NCBI GenBank assembly: GCA_051294375.1
Contig: CM119263.1
Coordinates: forward strand, 7,674,635 to 7,738,634
Direction: 5' to 3'
DNA from: Paraspadella gotoi
Lineage: Eukaryota; Animalia; Chaetognatha
DNA length: 64,000 nt
The position numbers were made by a program, and so were the translations under genes. Shown piece after piece: positions 27,801 through 40,300 of the stretch. Every line of letters begins with the position of its first letter. Positions within the stretch are counted from its first letter, which is position 1. Below the pieces are notes generated by a model that did no database searches, was not told where the DNA came from, and was given only the letters and a program-made list of their open reading frames with translations.

Positions 27801-30074
27801 CCGACAACTACCGAGGAATCCCACTACAGCTCTATCGGGGAACAACATTACGCCTCTGCCCAGCCGCGAACCCTCAGTCCCACCGGAAGTACCGGCAGCT
27901 CTGGTGCTGGGCGCGGTTTGGCGCCGGGCGCGAAGATAGCGCCGATTCGACCGCGACCCGTGGCCAAAATCGTTGCCAGGACCAAGCAAAGCATTCACGG
28001 CGAGGAAGGCGCTTACGAAGCGTCTCACGTTTCGGAGTTCGCCACTCTCCCGCGGAACATGAAGGTCGGAAATGATCCTGGCAAATACGAATTTCACGGA
28101 AGCGCGTCGCCGATTCCGCCGGGCTCCCCATCTAAATCTCCCGGCGGCAAAAGGCAACCGCCGCCTCCTCCAAAACGAATGAACTCTAGCCTCGACGGCG
28201 GCGCCGCCAAGAGCGCCCTCGACGCCGACCAGTCCAGCAAGTGGGCCCAGGGAATTGCCCCAGACGACGCCAAGTACGCCCTCATCGGCGCCGCCATCGA
28301 CGATTCCACGCAGGAAAACTTTGCAAGCTGCGTTCAGTCTCTCGCAACCAAATTTCAAGCCAAGCCGTCCTTTGATCAGTCTTCCTCCAAAGCCGACGAA
28401 GCTCCTGCCGCCGCAGTGTCCGCCGCCGCTGCAGCTGCTGCTAACGATTCCGATGAAGCTTATCATTCGCAGGCATCGCCGTCCGTAGGTTCTGACGGCG
28501 GTTTGCGTAATCCTATGCTGGATTCCCCCGGATCCGTCTGTTCCCTAGATTGCGAGGACTTTCCCCCACCGCCGCCGCCTTTGGCGCTGGAAGAGTTTGC
28601 TCTAGTCGACGTCCGCAAGGGCGAACCCTCCTCACCTCGAGCCCCTAATCACTCTGTCAGCGTGAGTCGATTGACGGAGAAACTTGACGCCAAATTTTCG
28701 TTTCAGCCTCGTCCCGAGCTTCAGCGGGGGGCGCCGCCGGACATCGCCGCCCCCCCTCTTCGACTGCAGCACTCGGCGCCGTCTCCCCGGTCCAAACCCG
28801 CCGAAGCTCATGGGCCTGCGGTCGTCACATCGGCCGGCGCCGCCCCCGCCTCCCCTAGCCGATCCAACTACGTCAGTTTCCACTTTAAAGAGAATAACAA
28901 GCCTACGGCGCCGGTGGTTCCCCAACCGCATCGCAGTTTTTCCCCGCAGCACAAGCCCGACGGCGGCACTGCGGCGCCTGTGTCGGAGACGATGACGATT
29001 CTCAAACCTCAAGTTCTCAGCAAGCCCGTGGTGGCCAAGCGACCGAGTCCCGGCCGACACACCGTAAGCACGGAAACCCTGGATGACTCTCTCGCCAAAT
29101 CCGAAACCTCTTTGTCTAGCGGCTCACCACAGTCGACGCTCGGCCGCGGCGAGTCGCTTCCCTTTGCCAACGAGAATATAGGAACGATCAAGCAACGCAA
29201 TCACTTCCCCGGTTCGAAACCTTCAGTCATTCCCGGCAGCGACGCCGCCTCTCCCTTCCAGTCTCCAACTCCTCGGGTCTCCTCGACGCCGTCGGTCGAC
29301 CCCGCAGACCCGCCGCGGGTAAAGTCTGGTCGCTCGGGGACGACGACACCCGTCACCGCCGTTTCTCAGGCTATGGCGCCGTCGGGTCGTCGCGGGGGCG
29401 CCAAAAGCGTGGCGCAAATCCCTCTGGACGCGTCCCTTAGCAGCACGATTCGTCGCCACAGTGGTCTCTACCCGTCGTCGGACGAGGAAGGTTCGGGCGG
29501 AGGTCTCGCGCCGCCCTCTTCCGCCTTTAGGCAGTTCGTCGCGACTACGGCGTCCACGACCAGCGTGGCGACGACGGCTTCAGGGGGGTCAGACTCCGAC
29601 GGGAGCGGCAGCGTCTCGAGTACTGGAACCGTTCGTCGATGCCATCCCTCGTCGAGCGCGGTCGTCGCCGGGGAGGCGAAGGAGAAGCCCGCGGATGGAG
29701 AGTCGGGAGACGCGTTATCTTCTTCTTCCTCCGCTTCTCCGGCGACCCGATCGAAATCCGGCATCGTCGAACGGTTCAAGCAGCCGCCGCCCCCGCCCCC
29801 GCCCTCCAAACCGGACAGAAAAGGGAAGGATGTTGCGCCCGAGCGGGTGGGGAATCCAGCGACGGCCGATAAATTGGCGGCGATGGCGGGCAAAGTCGGC
29901 ACGGCTCCGACGGCGGGTTTCGATATCGTCGAATCGACGGACGTCTTGAACGACATCGGAAACATGCTGGCCGGGCTGACCGAAGAGTTGGACGCCATGT
30001 TGGAGCCCGACTCGGAACAAGCCGACGATCCCGTGGCCGAAGACGAAGCCAACAGAGAAACTGTTATAGCTTAA
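24250..30074 (+). CDS. CASKIN: Caskin (ankyrin repeats, SH3, tandem SAM, Pro-rich region, conserved C-terminal motif); exons 24250-24676, 25331-25549, 25918-30074; ~1600 aa
   Basis: Starts [16 protein letters not shown] (cf. human CASKIN1 MGKEQELVQAVKAED). Ankyrin repeats ([48 protein letters not shown]), SH3 (QARAVQDY...WKG...[11 protein letters not shown]), SAM1 ([30 protein letters not shown]), SAM2 ([21 protein letters not shown]) and C-terminal [20 protein letters not shown]. Two phase-1 GT-AG introns keep the frame; AATAAA at ~30128. Confidence 0.95.
25645..25702. repeat. 29-bp tandem duplication in CASKIN intron 2
   Basis: aaatttgcgagacaaatttgtttggcagt followed by aaatttgcgagacaaatttttttggcagt; each unit contains an aaatttg/caaattt hairpin. 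Confidence 0.85.
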
Positions 30075-31520
30075 GCCAAGGCTTTGTTACTCTTAAATTA
30101 CAGTCAAAAATTTATTCCAGTTTTTATAATAAAAATGTTTTTAACAAATCTTTTCTACATCGTTAACTCATATTGGTGCGTTTCAATTTTTTTGTATGTG
30201 CTTTTAATATAATTTATAACTTTTACACCAAAGAATCAATACCGCATCATTTTAGAACAGACTTAGCGACTGAATGAATAATGGCCTTTACAATATAATT
30301 TCCTCGAAAGTCCGTTTTATTTCGAGACTATTTTACTTTTTAGCGTAAATTCATGTCCTGAAGAATGTTATTATAAATTAAGAGGAATACTGTTAAATCA
30401 CTAATACGTGAAATTAAAACAAATAATATCAAAAATGTTTAGCATGCTTTGTAGTCTTTACATATAAGTAGCATTCTAGTAATAATACGTAATAGGTTAT
30501 AAATTCTGCTTAATTTAAAAAAAAATCTTCTACTCCATGAAATAATTTTAATGATATTAATTTTCATTTTCCCTGACCACGTGAACCTATTCAGGGCTTT
30601 GTTTTTTACATTTTGCACGGGGTCGGGAAACTAAGTAGCTCAAAAATACGATGAAACAACAAACGAGTAAAATTCATTTCACCACACTCCTAAAAGTATT
30701 GCGAATTAAATGATTTGTAAAAGAAATTAATTTGAACAGAGAAAAATCGTAACATTTTTTCCCAGTTTTGCCTTCATATTCAATTTGCCTCTAGATCGTG
30801 TGTAATGCTGTTACGTGCTGGAATAAGTAGCTGAACCACATTTTTTTTCTTTCACCGCTTTTGCTTTGCCTAGATTTTCAGTTTCCGTTCTGCAGCCTTT
30901 TTGCTCTTCGCCTTAAAATACAACTTGCCGGTTTTTACTTTAAATTTTAGATTCCTTATTCCTTCTATTAAGAATACAACTTTTTATCTGCTGGGATGTG
31001 TTTTTGAATATACATTCGTATTCAAATACTCATTTTCATCTATTCTACCCTTAGCTTTTGCTGGGCTTTTTGCCGTCTACCAACGTTTTTTAAATGTTGT
31101 TACATCAAATTACCTATTATGAGCGCTTCATAAATACAATAAACAAATTCAAAAGCAGCCGTTATTGAACCCCTGTTAGCCAAGACAAAGTTTTTTTTTT
31201 GATTCTGTGAGCTTTACAATTGCAGTAGATTAAAAGTGTATTTTTTTCTTTTAATATGCTTTGCTGTGAATCAAAGTAATTTTAGCTAACCCTCCCCATT
31301 TACTCAACATTGTATAATTATTGTACATTGTCATTTTTACGCGCTGAAATGTTATCTTTTTTGTCACAGAAAAAACCAGCACAATGTCGACCGCGCAAGA
31401 CCACGAGACAAAACTTATTAGAGAAGAAGAGACACTTCGAGCGGTCGTTTGTTCGTTTTCCGATAAAATAACCAATAGTTAATATAGTGCGCTCTTATAA
31501 AACTCTTTCTAGTAGACAGG

Positions 31521-34500
31521 ATGCCAGGGAAGATCAAAGTCCGCGTTTTGGGCGCGCGACATTTACCAGTCATGGACCGAGCCTCGGAACTCACAGATGC
31601 CTTTGTTGAAATTAAATTTGGAAATCAGGTCGGCATTAATTTAAAGAGGTTAGAGATATAGTAAGGGCCATTGCCCATTCCTAGATGTAGTTTTTAATTG
31701 ATAGGTTCGCGATTGCGTTCACAACGGCAACTACTTTTGTTGCTGATGAACGGTTGGTGGATTTTAGTTCACCATAGAGGCTAAATATTAGTGGAATAAT
31801 ATTAAAAAACCGTTGGAGAAACAGCAAATTAATAATGTTTGCATAATGATTTTAATGACTTTTTTTTTTCAGACCCAAAAGACAGAGGTGATTCGCAAGT
31901 CGCTGAATCCTCAGTGGAACTCGGAATGGTTTCGTTTCGAAGTCGATGACGAAGAATTGCAGGACGAACCATTACAGGTGTTGAGCCTATTCTTGTATCA
32001 ACGGTAAAAGAATCAGTAATATCCAAATCACTTTGGATTTTTGCTCTTTAGATCCGAGTTATGGACCACGACACCTACTCTGCTCACGACGCCATTGGAA
32101 AGGTAAGTTTTCGTGGTAAAAACTTCCCACGAATTTCTACCTTCCCTCTCCCACCCTCCTCTTTTCCACAGGTTTATCTGGATTTGAATCCGCTTCTTTG
32201 CCAACGCGAAGAGGCGGCATCGACGAACGCCTCCACCTCGGGTGTCGTCCTTAGCGGGTGGCTGCCGATCTTCGACACGATGCACGGAATTCGGGGCGAC
32301 ATCAACGTCATAGTCAAGGTCCGAGAAAAAATAAAATATCTTTATTATTGCATCAGTATACGTACATATTCTACATTCGTTCTATTGTCAAGAAAACTAT
32401 GTCGAGTAACATATCGTGCGGTTACCAGGTTGACCTGTTCAGCGATTTGAATCGATATCGTCACTCCTCGTGCGGAGTCCACTTTTTCTCGACGCCCGGC
32501 GTTCCCCGAGGCTACCTCGCCGAAACTGTCTTCGGGTTCGTGGAAGAGCTCGTCGTCAACGACGACCCGGAGTACAAGTGGATCGACAAGATTCGCACCC
32601 CCCGAGCCTCCAACGAAGCCCGGCAGAGGCTCTTCTCGACCATGTCGGGGGAGGTCCAGCGAAGAATCGGTCTTAAGGTCCAGGAGATGGGCGGCAATGC
32701 GGCCATCGGCTACCAGCAGTCCTTCGATCTGGAGGGGGAATCGGGCATCGTCGTCCGCGGCATCGCCACCGCCGTCCTCGTCACCAAATTAGCTCAGCCT
32801 TCGCAAGTCGCTCTTCCTTCTCCACACAGGTCGGCTTTCGGAAGGAAAGCATTGTTTAGTGATTTCAGATTTGTTTTTTTGCCTTTACTTCGTATTTTTG
32901 CGTTTGGAAAATACATGTTTGTATGTACTATTATGTTAGGTTTTTCATTTTCTTGTCTGCGTTTATTAACGATCGTTTATTATGATCCATTTCAGCCTCT
33001 CCCCGACCGCTTCGCCCCAGCCGGAGGGAGAACCGAACTTTGGGTCACCGCAGCCCAAGGCCGTCTCCCCGCTGATGCCGAGAAAGTCGGGCATCGCTTC
33101 TGGGACGGCTGCGGGGAGAAGGAAGAGCTCCGATTCGGATACAGATCTGGCGCCCTCGTCAAGTTGGTGCGGGAAACGGGATCTATTTCAGAAAGTCTCG
33201 CTCTCAATATTTTAATTCCTCAGCGTCGAAACGAAAAGATCGCGGAACCGGTTCCAACGCCGCTCACCTCGCCACGGGGACGGGCCTCTCGTCTTCCTCC
33301 GCCAACCCCGAGCATGGAAAAGGCCACGCCAGAGTCACGGGGATGATGGACCGGGAGCCGAGCGGTTCGACCAAGCTCCACCCGACCTCAAAGGGAATGC
33401 CGTTCCATCGACCAGTGCAAAAACCCATCGATTTCTTGGATTATCCCTTCTTCACCATTACCTCTTTTCCACCGGGATATTTGGGTGAGAAATTAAAATA
33501 ATAATTTTATATGTACTCTTAACTATGTAGAATATGCAATCATACAATGTGGGTGAAGGAAGGACTTTGATCATGTTAAAATTATTATTTAATGTAAATT
33601 TTTATTATTTATAAATACCAAAAACTAAATTTTAATTAAAAATTGTCATTTAAATTAAATACGTTGTGCTTCCACAATAGTATATATCCCCCTCATGTTT
33701 ATTTTTCCCCTAACAGTTCACATCGGAGGCGTTGTCTCGGCTCGTTCCGTCAAGCTTCTCGATCGAATTCTCCACCCCGAAGAACCCGAGACGAGAGACG
33801 CTTGGTGGGCGGAGATTCGAACGGAGATCCGGTCCCACTGTCGAGCGATGGGTTGTCACGCTGTCGTTGGTTACAGGTTGGTTACACGAAACGAAACCAT
33901 GAATCGATAAATCGATAAAATGTAATGATTCTTGATAAAAAGTAACCGCCGCAAATTGTTTCCAGTGAATCGACGAGCATTTCCGACGACGTTTGCATTT
34001 TGTCGGCGATTGGGACGGCTGCGCGGATAAACGTTGTCGCGTTGCAACAACCGCCATATCAAAGCCACGGAATTCAAATGAACGAAAATTTGAGAAGCGC
34101 GCGACCAAATGTTGCCCCCTCTGCCAGTCACGGTTGCCCCAAGAAGGACAGGTGGGACTTTTGATTTGTTGTCATGTAAATCGATGGCGAGTTATTTATT
34201 CAAAAAAACCTTTTGTTTTAAAGAGAAAACTGATAACGTGAAAGGCTCAAGCGTTCTAAAAATTTACCTGCTCATTTTACAGCGGCGGAGAGAGCGTAAG
34301 CGGTGGTGGCGGCGTTGAAAAAAGCAAAAACAGCAAATCTCTCCACGTCGACGTTCAATTGGCCAATCAATTTTCGATAAGGCAAACGAGAGGCGAATCT
34401 GATCCCGACGATGGTAAAAACTCTCGGTCATTGTTTTCCTCAAGATACATTACACGATTGATTCTTATTACTTACCCGTTTTGTTTCTTACGTAGTCCCT

Positions 34501-37127
34501 ATCTCGGCCGACTGTTCCCTCTGCCACGTCCCCTACGACGAAACCAACGTCCCCTTTCCCGCTCAACTCGCCTCCTGCTCAATTTGTCACCAGGCCAAAG
34601 TCCCGGGCGTGCTTTTTTCCACAACCGAGCCACCGCCGACGCTGCCCGTCATCGGCAAGGGTTGTCTTATTCAAGCGCGTGTTTGTCGGAATAAGAAAGA
34701 GTGGCGCGGTGAACTCAACGCCAAAGACATCAGCGACACCCTGCCTTTTCTCGAGTACGAGCTCCACCATCAGCTCATCAATAAGCTAAAGATCAACGGT
34801 ATGAACGCCCTCTTCGGTCTCCGCGCTCGCGTCCACGTGGGTTACAACGTCCTGGTCGCCGTGGCCACCGCTACAGCCGTCAAAGTTCCCTGCCTCCCCT
34901 CGCCCTCTGTCCCCCGCCTCGTCTGCAAGACCTCGTCGAGCGTCGGCGAAGAACGCAAGTTGTCGCGTCTGCAGGAGAGAATGACGGAGATTGCGAGGAG
35001 GAACGCCAGCGTGCACGGGGTCCTTGACGAGGGAGCGAGGACGGATCAGGAGACAGGTAGCGTCAGTTCTTGTATGATCGACTTTAATGTTTAAACAGTA
35101 AAGGTGGATATTAAGTTATTGTGATATTGTGATATCGTTGATTTCAGACGATGATAACAACGACATTGATAATGTGGAAGCAGGCGAACCGAATATTCAG
35201 CGTCGAACCGATTCGTCCGTCTCCAATCCTGACATGTGTCCCAACGAGGGTGGAAAGGAGGCTTACGTCATTGAAGGTTAATTATTACCGTATGATTCTT
35301 TTTGTGGATCTTTCATGAGTTTTCCGTACTCACACTATCGACAGTCGACGACCCCGAAGACGTCGAGGCCATCAACCTCATGTTGGACGACGTTCTCCCT
35401 TCCGAAGGCATCGAGGTCTGCAACACCGAATTTCTTCCCGGAGCTTCTCCGCCGTCCGGCTACTTCAATTTTCCGCCTGTTTCGATTTTCGAAACCTCGG
35501 TTGGTTCACAAGCCGCCAATCAAATGTTCGCTTCGATCGTTCGTAAAAACATCGGACAAAACGGATTGACGCACAAGCAGGTTCGTTCAAAGTTAACTTG
35601 GATGAAATAAATAAATTTTCTTAGTTTTGGATTTGCTTTTCCCCGTAGTTCGGCGAGATTTTTTCCAACATCTTGGATCGATTGTATTACAAACTGCGAA
35701 ATTATCGTCCCTGCATCTTCTCCAAACTTCTGTTCGACATCAGCGTCGAAGAATCAGAGTTTTTGCAGATTTCCCTCACGGGGATGTGCACCGTAGTTGG
35801 ATCTTCCGAATTAGGTGGGTTTAACTTTAAGCAGTAATTTTTTGATCGTTGTTGTTGTCCCGGGTGAAGAAAACCGGTTCGTTTCATCTTCAGGTCAAAC
35901 GCGAGAACAAAAATCAAGGAATAACTCTGGAGGAGAAGGGACGCAGTTCAAAATGGACGGATTTCCGACCGAAGGGCGTGAAGCTCGTCGTTCCCTGACG
36001 ACGAGATCAGGACAGAAAGAGAACGACGACAATGAGGAATCCTTAGATTTAAAGGATATGGCAGAAGTTTTGACCAAGATTAAGGTTTGTTTACGATTAA
36101 AACTTGTATGGGTAATTCGGGGTAATTCGGAACAGTGGTAATTCTCAACACTGAAATATATAATTCACTAAAAAAAATTGTGTAATAATCTTTTATAATT
36201 TTTTTGGTGCATTGAATATTTAACAAACTGCTTTTTAAAAATTACTTTCAAAAGTGTTCCGAATTACCCGTATTTTAAATTTTTTATTTTACGTATATTT
36301 TTAATTCTGTATGAATCAATTTAACAATCAATATATCCATTTATTTAATAAACAATCTATCTTGCTTCCTGAATTTTGACAGGCAATGTTTTATCTATAT
36401 TAAATACATGTATATCTGTATTTTATTATTATTTGTGAAAAGAGAAACCTTCGACATTTTAACCATTTTAAATCTCGTGATTTGTTTTCAGACTTCTCAC
36501 CACGGCAAGGTGGAAGTAACTCCCATGTCCACCATACCCGGATTTCAAGTCACGAACTACTTAGGCAACATGAACCTTTTTGTAATCCGCGAGACCTCGT
36601 CCGTTCGCGAGTTCGGCGGGATCTCTGGCTTCATGCACAAGTTCGTGTCGGAGGTTTTGGCGTTGATGCGCGCCCACGTGGCTGCTTTAGGAGGGAACGC
36701 CCTACTAGCCTTCGCCATGAACCAATGCGTGTTGCTGGACAATCCCAACCGAAACCAGGCTCAGTGCTTAATCAATATCACCGGCGACGCAGCTAGCGTC
36801 GAATCGGAAAGGGATCTCGCTGCGGCAGCTGCTGCGGCTCTTCGGCGGCGCGGAAGCCTCGCACCCAAGAACGCCGCTCAGGGAATCGGCGCTAGAGGGG
36901 CGGCGCTGGCACCCCAATCTTTGCAGGGTTCGCTGACGGGAAATCGCGGCGCTGGCGCCGGAATTGTTAACGGCGTCGTCGATGGACGCGTTGAAAAGCG
37001 ATCAACGTTGCCGGTGGCGGACCGCCCGCTTCTTCCTTTATCGAACCCCTGGGACGATTCGGAGGGTACAAATAGGCGCGGCATTCCAAAGGATCTCGAC
37101 CTTCCCTTGCTTAACGCTTTAGCTTGA
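31521..37127 (+). CDS. C2CD5: C2 domain-containing protein 5 (CDP138/KIAA0528), multi-exon
   Basis: Exon 1 encodes MPGKIKVRVLGARHLPVMDRASELTDAFVEIKFGNQ (human MPGKLKVKIVAGRHLPVMDRASDLTDAFVEVKFG). Later exons encode KSLNPQWNSEWFRFEVDDEELQDEPLQ, GFVEELVVNDDPEYKWIDKIRTPRASNEARQ, SARSVKLLDRILHPEEPETRDAWWAEIR, LPFLEYELHHQLINKLK and RAHVAALGGNAL. First exons: 31521-31628, 31873-31977, 32052-32102, 32172-32318, 32429-32829; AATAAA at 37285. Confidence 0.95.
36107..36272. mobile_element. Small MITE-like element (~165 bp) in a C2CD5 intron
   Basis: 15-bp inverted repeat gggtaattcggaaca (36120-36134) / tgttccgaattaccc (36255-36269), TA dinucleotides at the outer edges, AT-rich non-coding interior. The left end has a duplicated ggtaattcgg. 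Confidence 0.6.
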
Positions 37128-37354
37128 CCGTTGTTTGTTATTCATGCTAATTTTGCTACAGGAGTTCAAACGAAATTCGCTTAATACAGTATTTTAACTT
37201 CGGGCATTATAACCTTATCGTTTTATTATATTACAAATTATTATGACAGTGTTCTCTTATTGGAACAGAAAATATTATCAATTAAATAAATGAATGTGTA
37301 CTGTAAATACAAAAATCTTCATGCGTTTGACGTTTTAATTTTATCGAGTTGAAG

Positions 37355-40300
37355 ATGTCGTCGATCGGAGAGGACGACGGTGAGGGTCTTGGATCGAGCA
37401 TCGGGGTGGTGGACTTGTCGTCGACAACCAAATTCGAGTTAGAAGCGCATCAGTTCACGACGACGGAAACCGAGCCCTCCCCCAAGCCGATGACTCTTTC
37501 CAAATCAGATTCAGCTATTGGATCGTCATCTTTTGATTGTTGTGACGAAGATTTAAGCAATATTTCTGTTGCCTCTCTTCCCGATGACGATGTCGACCAC
37601 TCGAATTCGCCCGAGGATTTTTTGGACGATCCCGTTGAATTAATTAATTCTAGTCAAGAGCACCCTGATTACTCGAGTGCTTGCTCTGCCTTGGCCGGTT
37701 GTTCGGAGTTAGTCGATGATTCGTCGCCAATAACGTCGACGATGACAGCAACTAGATCGGCCGCTGGTTCGGCCAATCGCTACGATAATCTCCGGCCCGT
37801 CCACGAATGGACCTGCTTCGCTTGCAAGGCCGCCGCCGACTCGACTGCCGAGAGAGGATCCGTCTTCTCTGACTCTGGAAAGCATCGGATTCCGCAAGGT
37901 GCCGTCGCTTCGAATTCTTCGTCTCATATCTGTCAATGCGAGGTTGAGGCTGGAACTGACTCCGCGGATGAGACAGGGATTAGAGCAGAACTGCGCATCG
38001 ATTCCTGCGCAAATGCCGAGGAAGACGACGCCAAGATGGTGAGCGAGGACGGCGCCAGCGCTGAGGTCTCGACTTTCGACAAATGGGACTCTCGCAACTG
38101 GCCAGCCTGGTTTGAGAGGCTCTTCATCGACACAGTCGCTCCTGGAGCATGCTTCGACAACTTGGTCGATGAAAGCAAGACTTAGTATGTACATTTTTGA
38201 ATGTAAATGTTCATCATAAAATTTCATTACTAATCGCATGATTGTTTTCCTTCTATTTTCTTTTTAAAGCCCGGGTAAGGAATGCGTCCCAACAACCATG
38301 CAAGAGAATCTATCTTCTAGTGAATTCAATTGCTCTTGCTGCTTCGAACTGATGGTGGAACCAACGACGATTCAATGCGGTCACAGGTAAGTTTTTGCTT
38401 AATTTTTCTAATGATTTTATTTATTTATTCTTTTGAAAATTTAGTCCCTAGTTTAATCCGATATTTTTTTTAAGAACAGATTTGGATTTGTCTTAAAAAA
38501 CATCATAACATATTTTATAAAAGTTAAAAGCATGTTTTCATATTTTAATGTTTAGAAATATAAAAAATGACTAAAATGTTTTAACATTTAAGTTTCTACT
38601 ACAGAGAATAAAAAAGTTAGAAATTTTCATATTTTTTCCCATTCTGAAGAATTTTTGATAACATGTTTTATATTTTTGATTTAACTTTTTATGAAGAATC
38701 TGAATCTTTATTAAAAACTTTATAAACTTGGTTAATATGTGGCTATCGGTTTCTAAGCAGTGATTTCTTAATAGTAAATCTTTTGTGTTTAAGGTGCTGT
38801 AGTTCTGGAATGATTGGACCGGTTTTTTTTAAGTTACACAAGTATTCCTCTTTCAAAAGTCTTTATTTCCCACTCATATTTTTTTTAGAAAATATAAATA
38901 CAATTCTTATAAATTAAGGATAAAAAGTATCCTCGGTTTTTGGCCAAAAAAAAATTTTTCCCCGATTTTGTTTTTGACCATAGTTTTTGACTATAGTTCT
39001 TGAATATTTTTATCTCGCCAGATGGGCGAATGCCCAACTTGGGCGAGATATTAATTTGTTTGCTTCTTTTAACCATTATTATCGTCACGTTTTAACATTA
39101 GAAATAGCTCGAGTGTATAACCCATAGGAAGCTAAAAATTTAAATATGGTTTGTCATCATTTAGGTCTTTTAAATTGTTATGTTTTATATTCTTACACTC
39201 ATTTATTTATTTTATTTATAAAACAATTTTTATATATATAGATGAGTTCAGCTTTGCAAATTAGATCATTAATTATTTAGTTATTAATTGAACTACAAAC
39301 AAACATGATCATTTATTATTATAAAATATTAATATTAAATTTTTAGGGTAATAGGAAAAAAATTTATTAAAGCTTAATCAGAATACGTTAATATGTAAAT
39401 GAGATTGAGGAACTTAATCTCATGTGAGTTAAATAGAGATTATCCACAAATTAATCTGTTACAGCGGCTGTCCAGTTTTTTTATTTTTCTTTTTTAATTA
39501 TATATCGCTTTTTTTTTATCGCAGCTTTTTCTGATTCGTCTAAAAACGAGTTCGCTCTGCAGCAGCTGTTCAACGGCTGTTCAGTGGCTGTTCAGTTTTT
39601 TTCTATCTTTTTTCTTTCTTTCTTACATATATTTGTTTATTTTATTTATAATGAATGATTTATTATATCAATGAATGAGTCATCGCGTCAATGAATGATT
39701 ATCATCATATCAATGAATTAATATTATTATATCAATAAATAGACTATTATCGCGTCAATGAATAATAATCATCGTATTAATAAATTTTTATCATTGTATC
39801 AATGATTTGGTTATCATTGTATCAATATTTGGTTACTTCCGAATCAATAATCATTTATTATTACATCAATCATTTACTATTACATTAATAATTTATTATC
39901 ACATCAATCATTCATTTTTTAAATTTTTTTATTAATTTTCTTTGATAGTAACGTCTGGCGAGATCACTATACTTTTAAGATTTTTTTTTAACTGACACAT
40001 ACGGATTTCCCATTTCAAAATCTACATTTATTATTTATAAATTTTTATTATGTGGGTAAAACGTGCGCTATTTAAGTTTGAAGAGTGTCCTCTTTTTTTT
40101 TTTTGCACAGGACTGTATTTATTTCTTATTTATTTTTGTTTATTTTATATATGAAATTGGTACAACCAATATAAAAATTATCCATTCATTTAATAAATAT
40201 TTTTTCTAAAATAAAAGAGACAATTTGACAGTTAAGACGATAAAAAGATAAAACGATTTGAAACAATATGACATTCAAACAATAAATGAGTATTGAGCAA

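Noticed and set aside
26088-30052. Overlapping antisense and alternative-frame ORFs inside the CASKIN large exon (likewise inside 56336-60310)
   Set aside because: Expected shadow ORFs of GC-rich, stop-poor coding sequence; no independent domain signal.
30560-31330. Possible minus-strand small gene between CASKIN and C2CD5
   Set aside because: Short Lys-rich frames with some splice-like sites, but I could not join them into an open, phase-consistent model.
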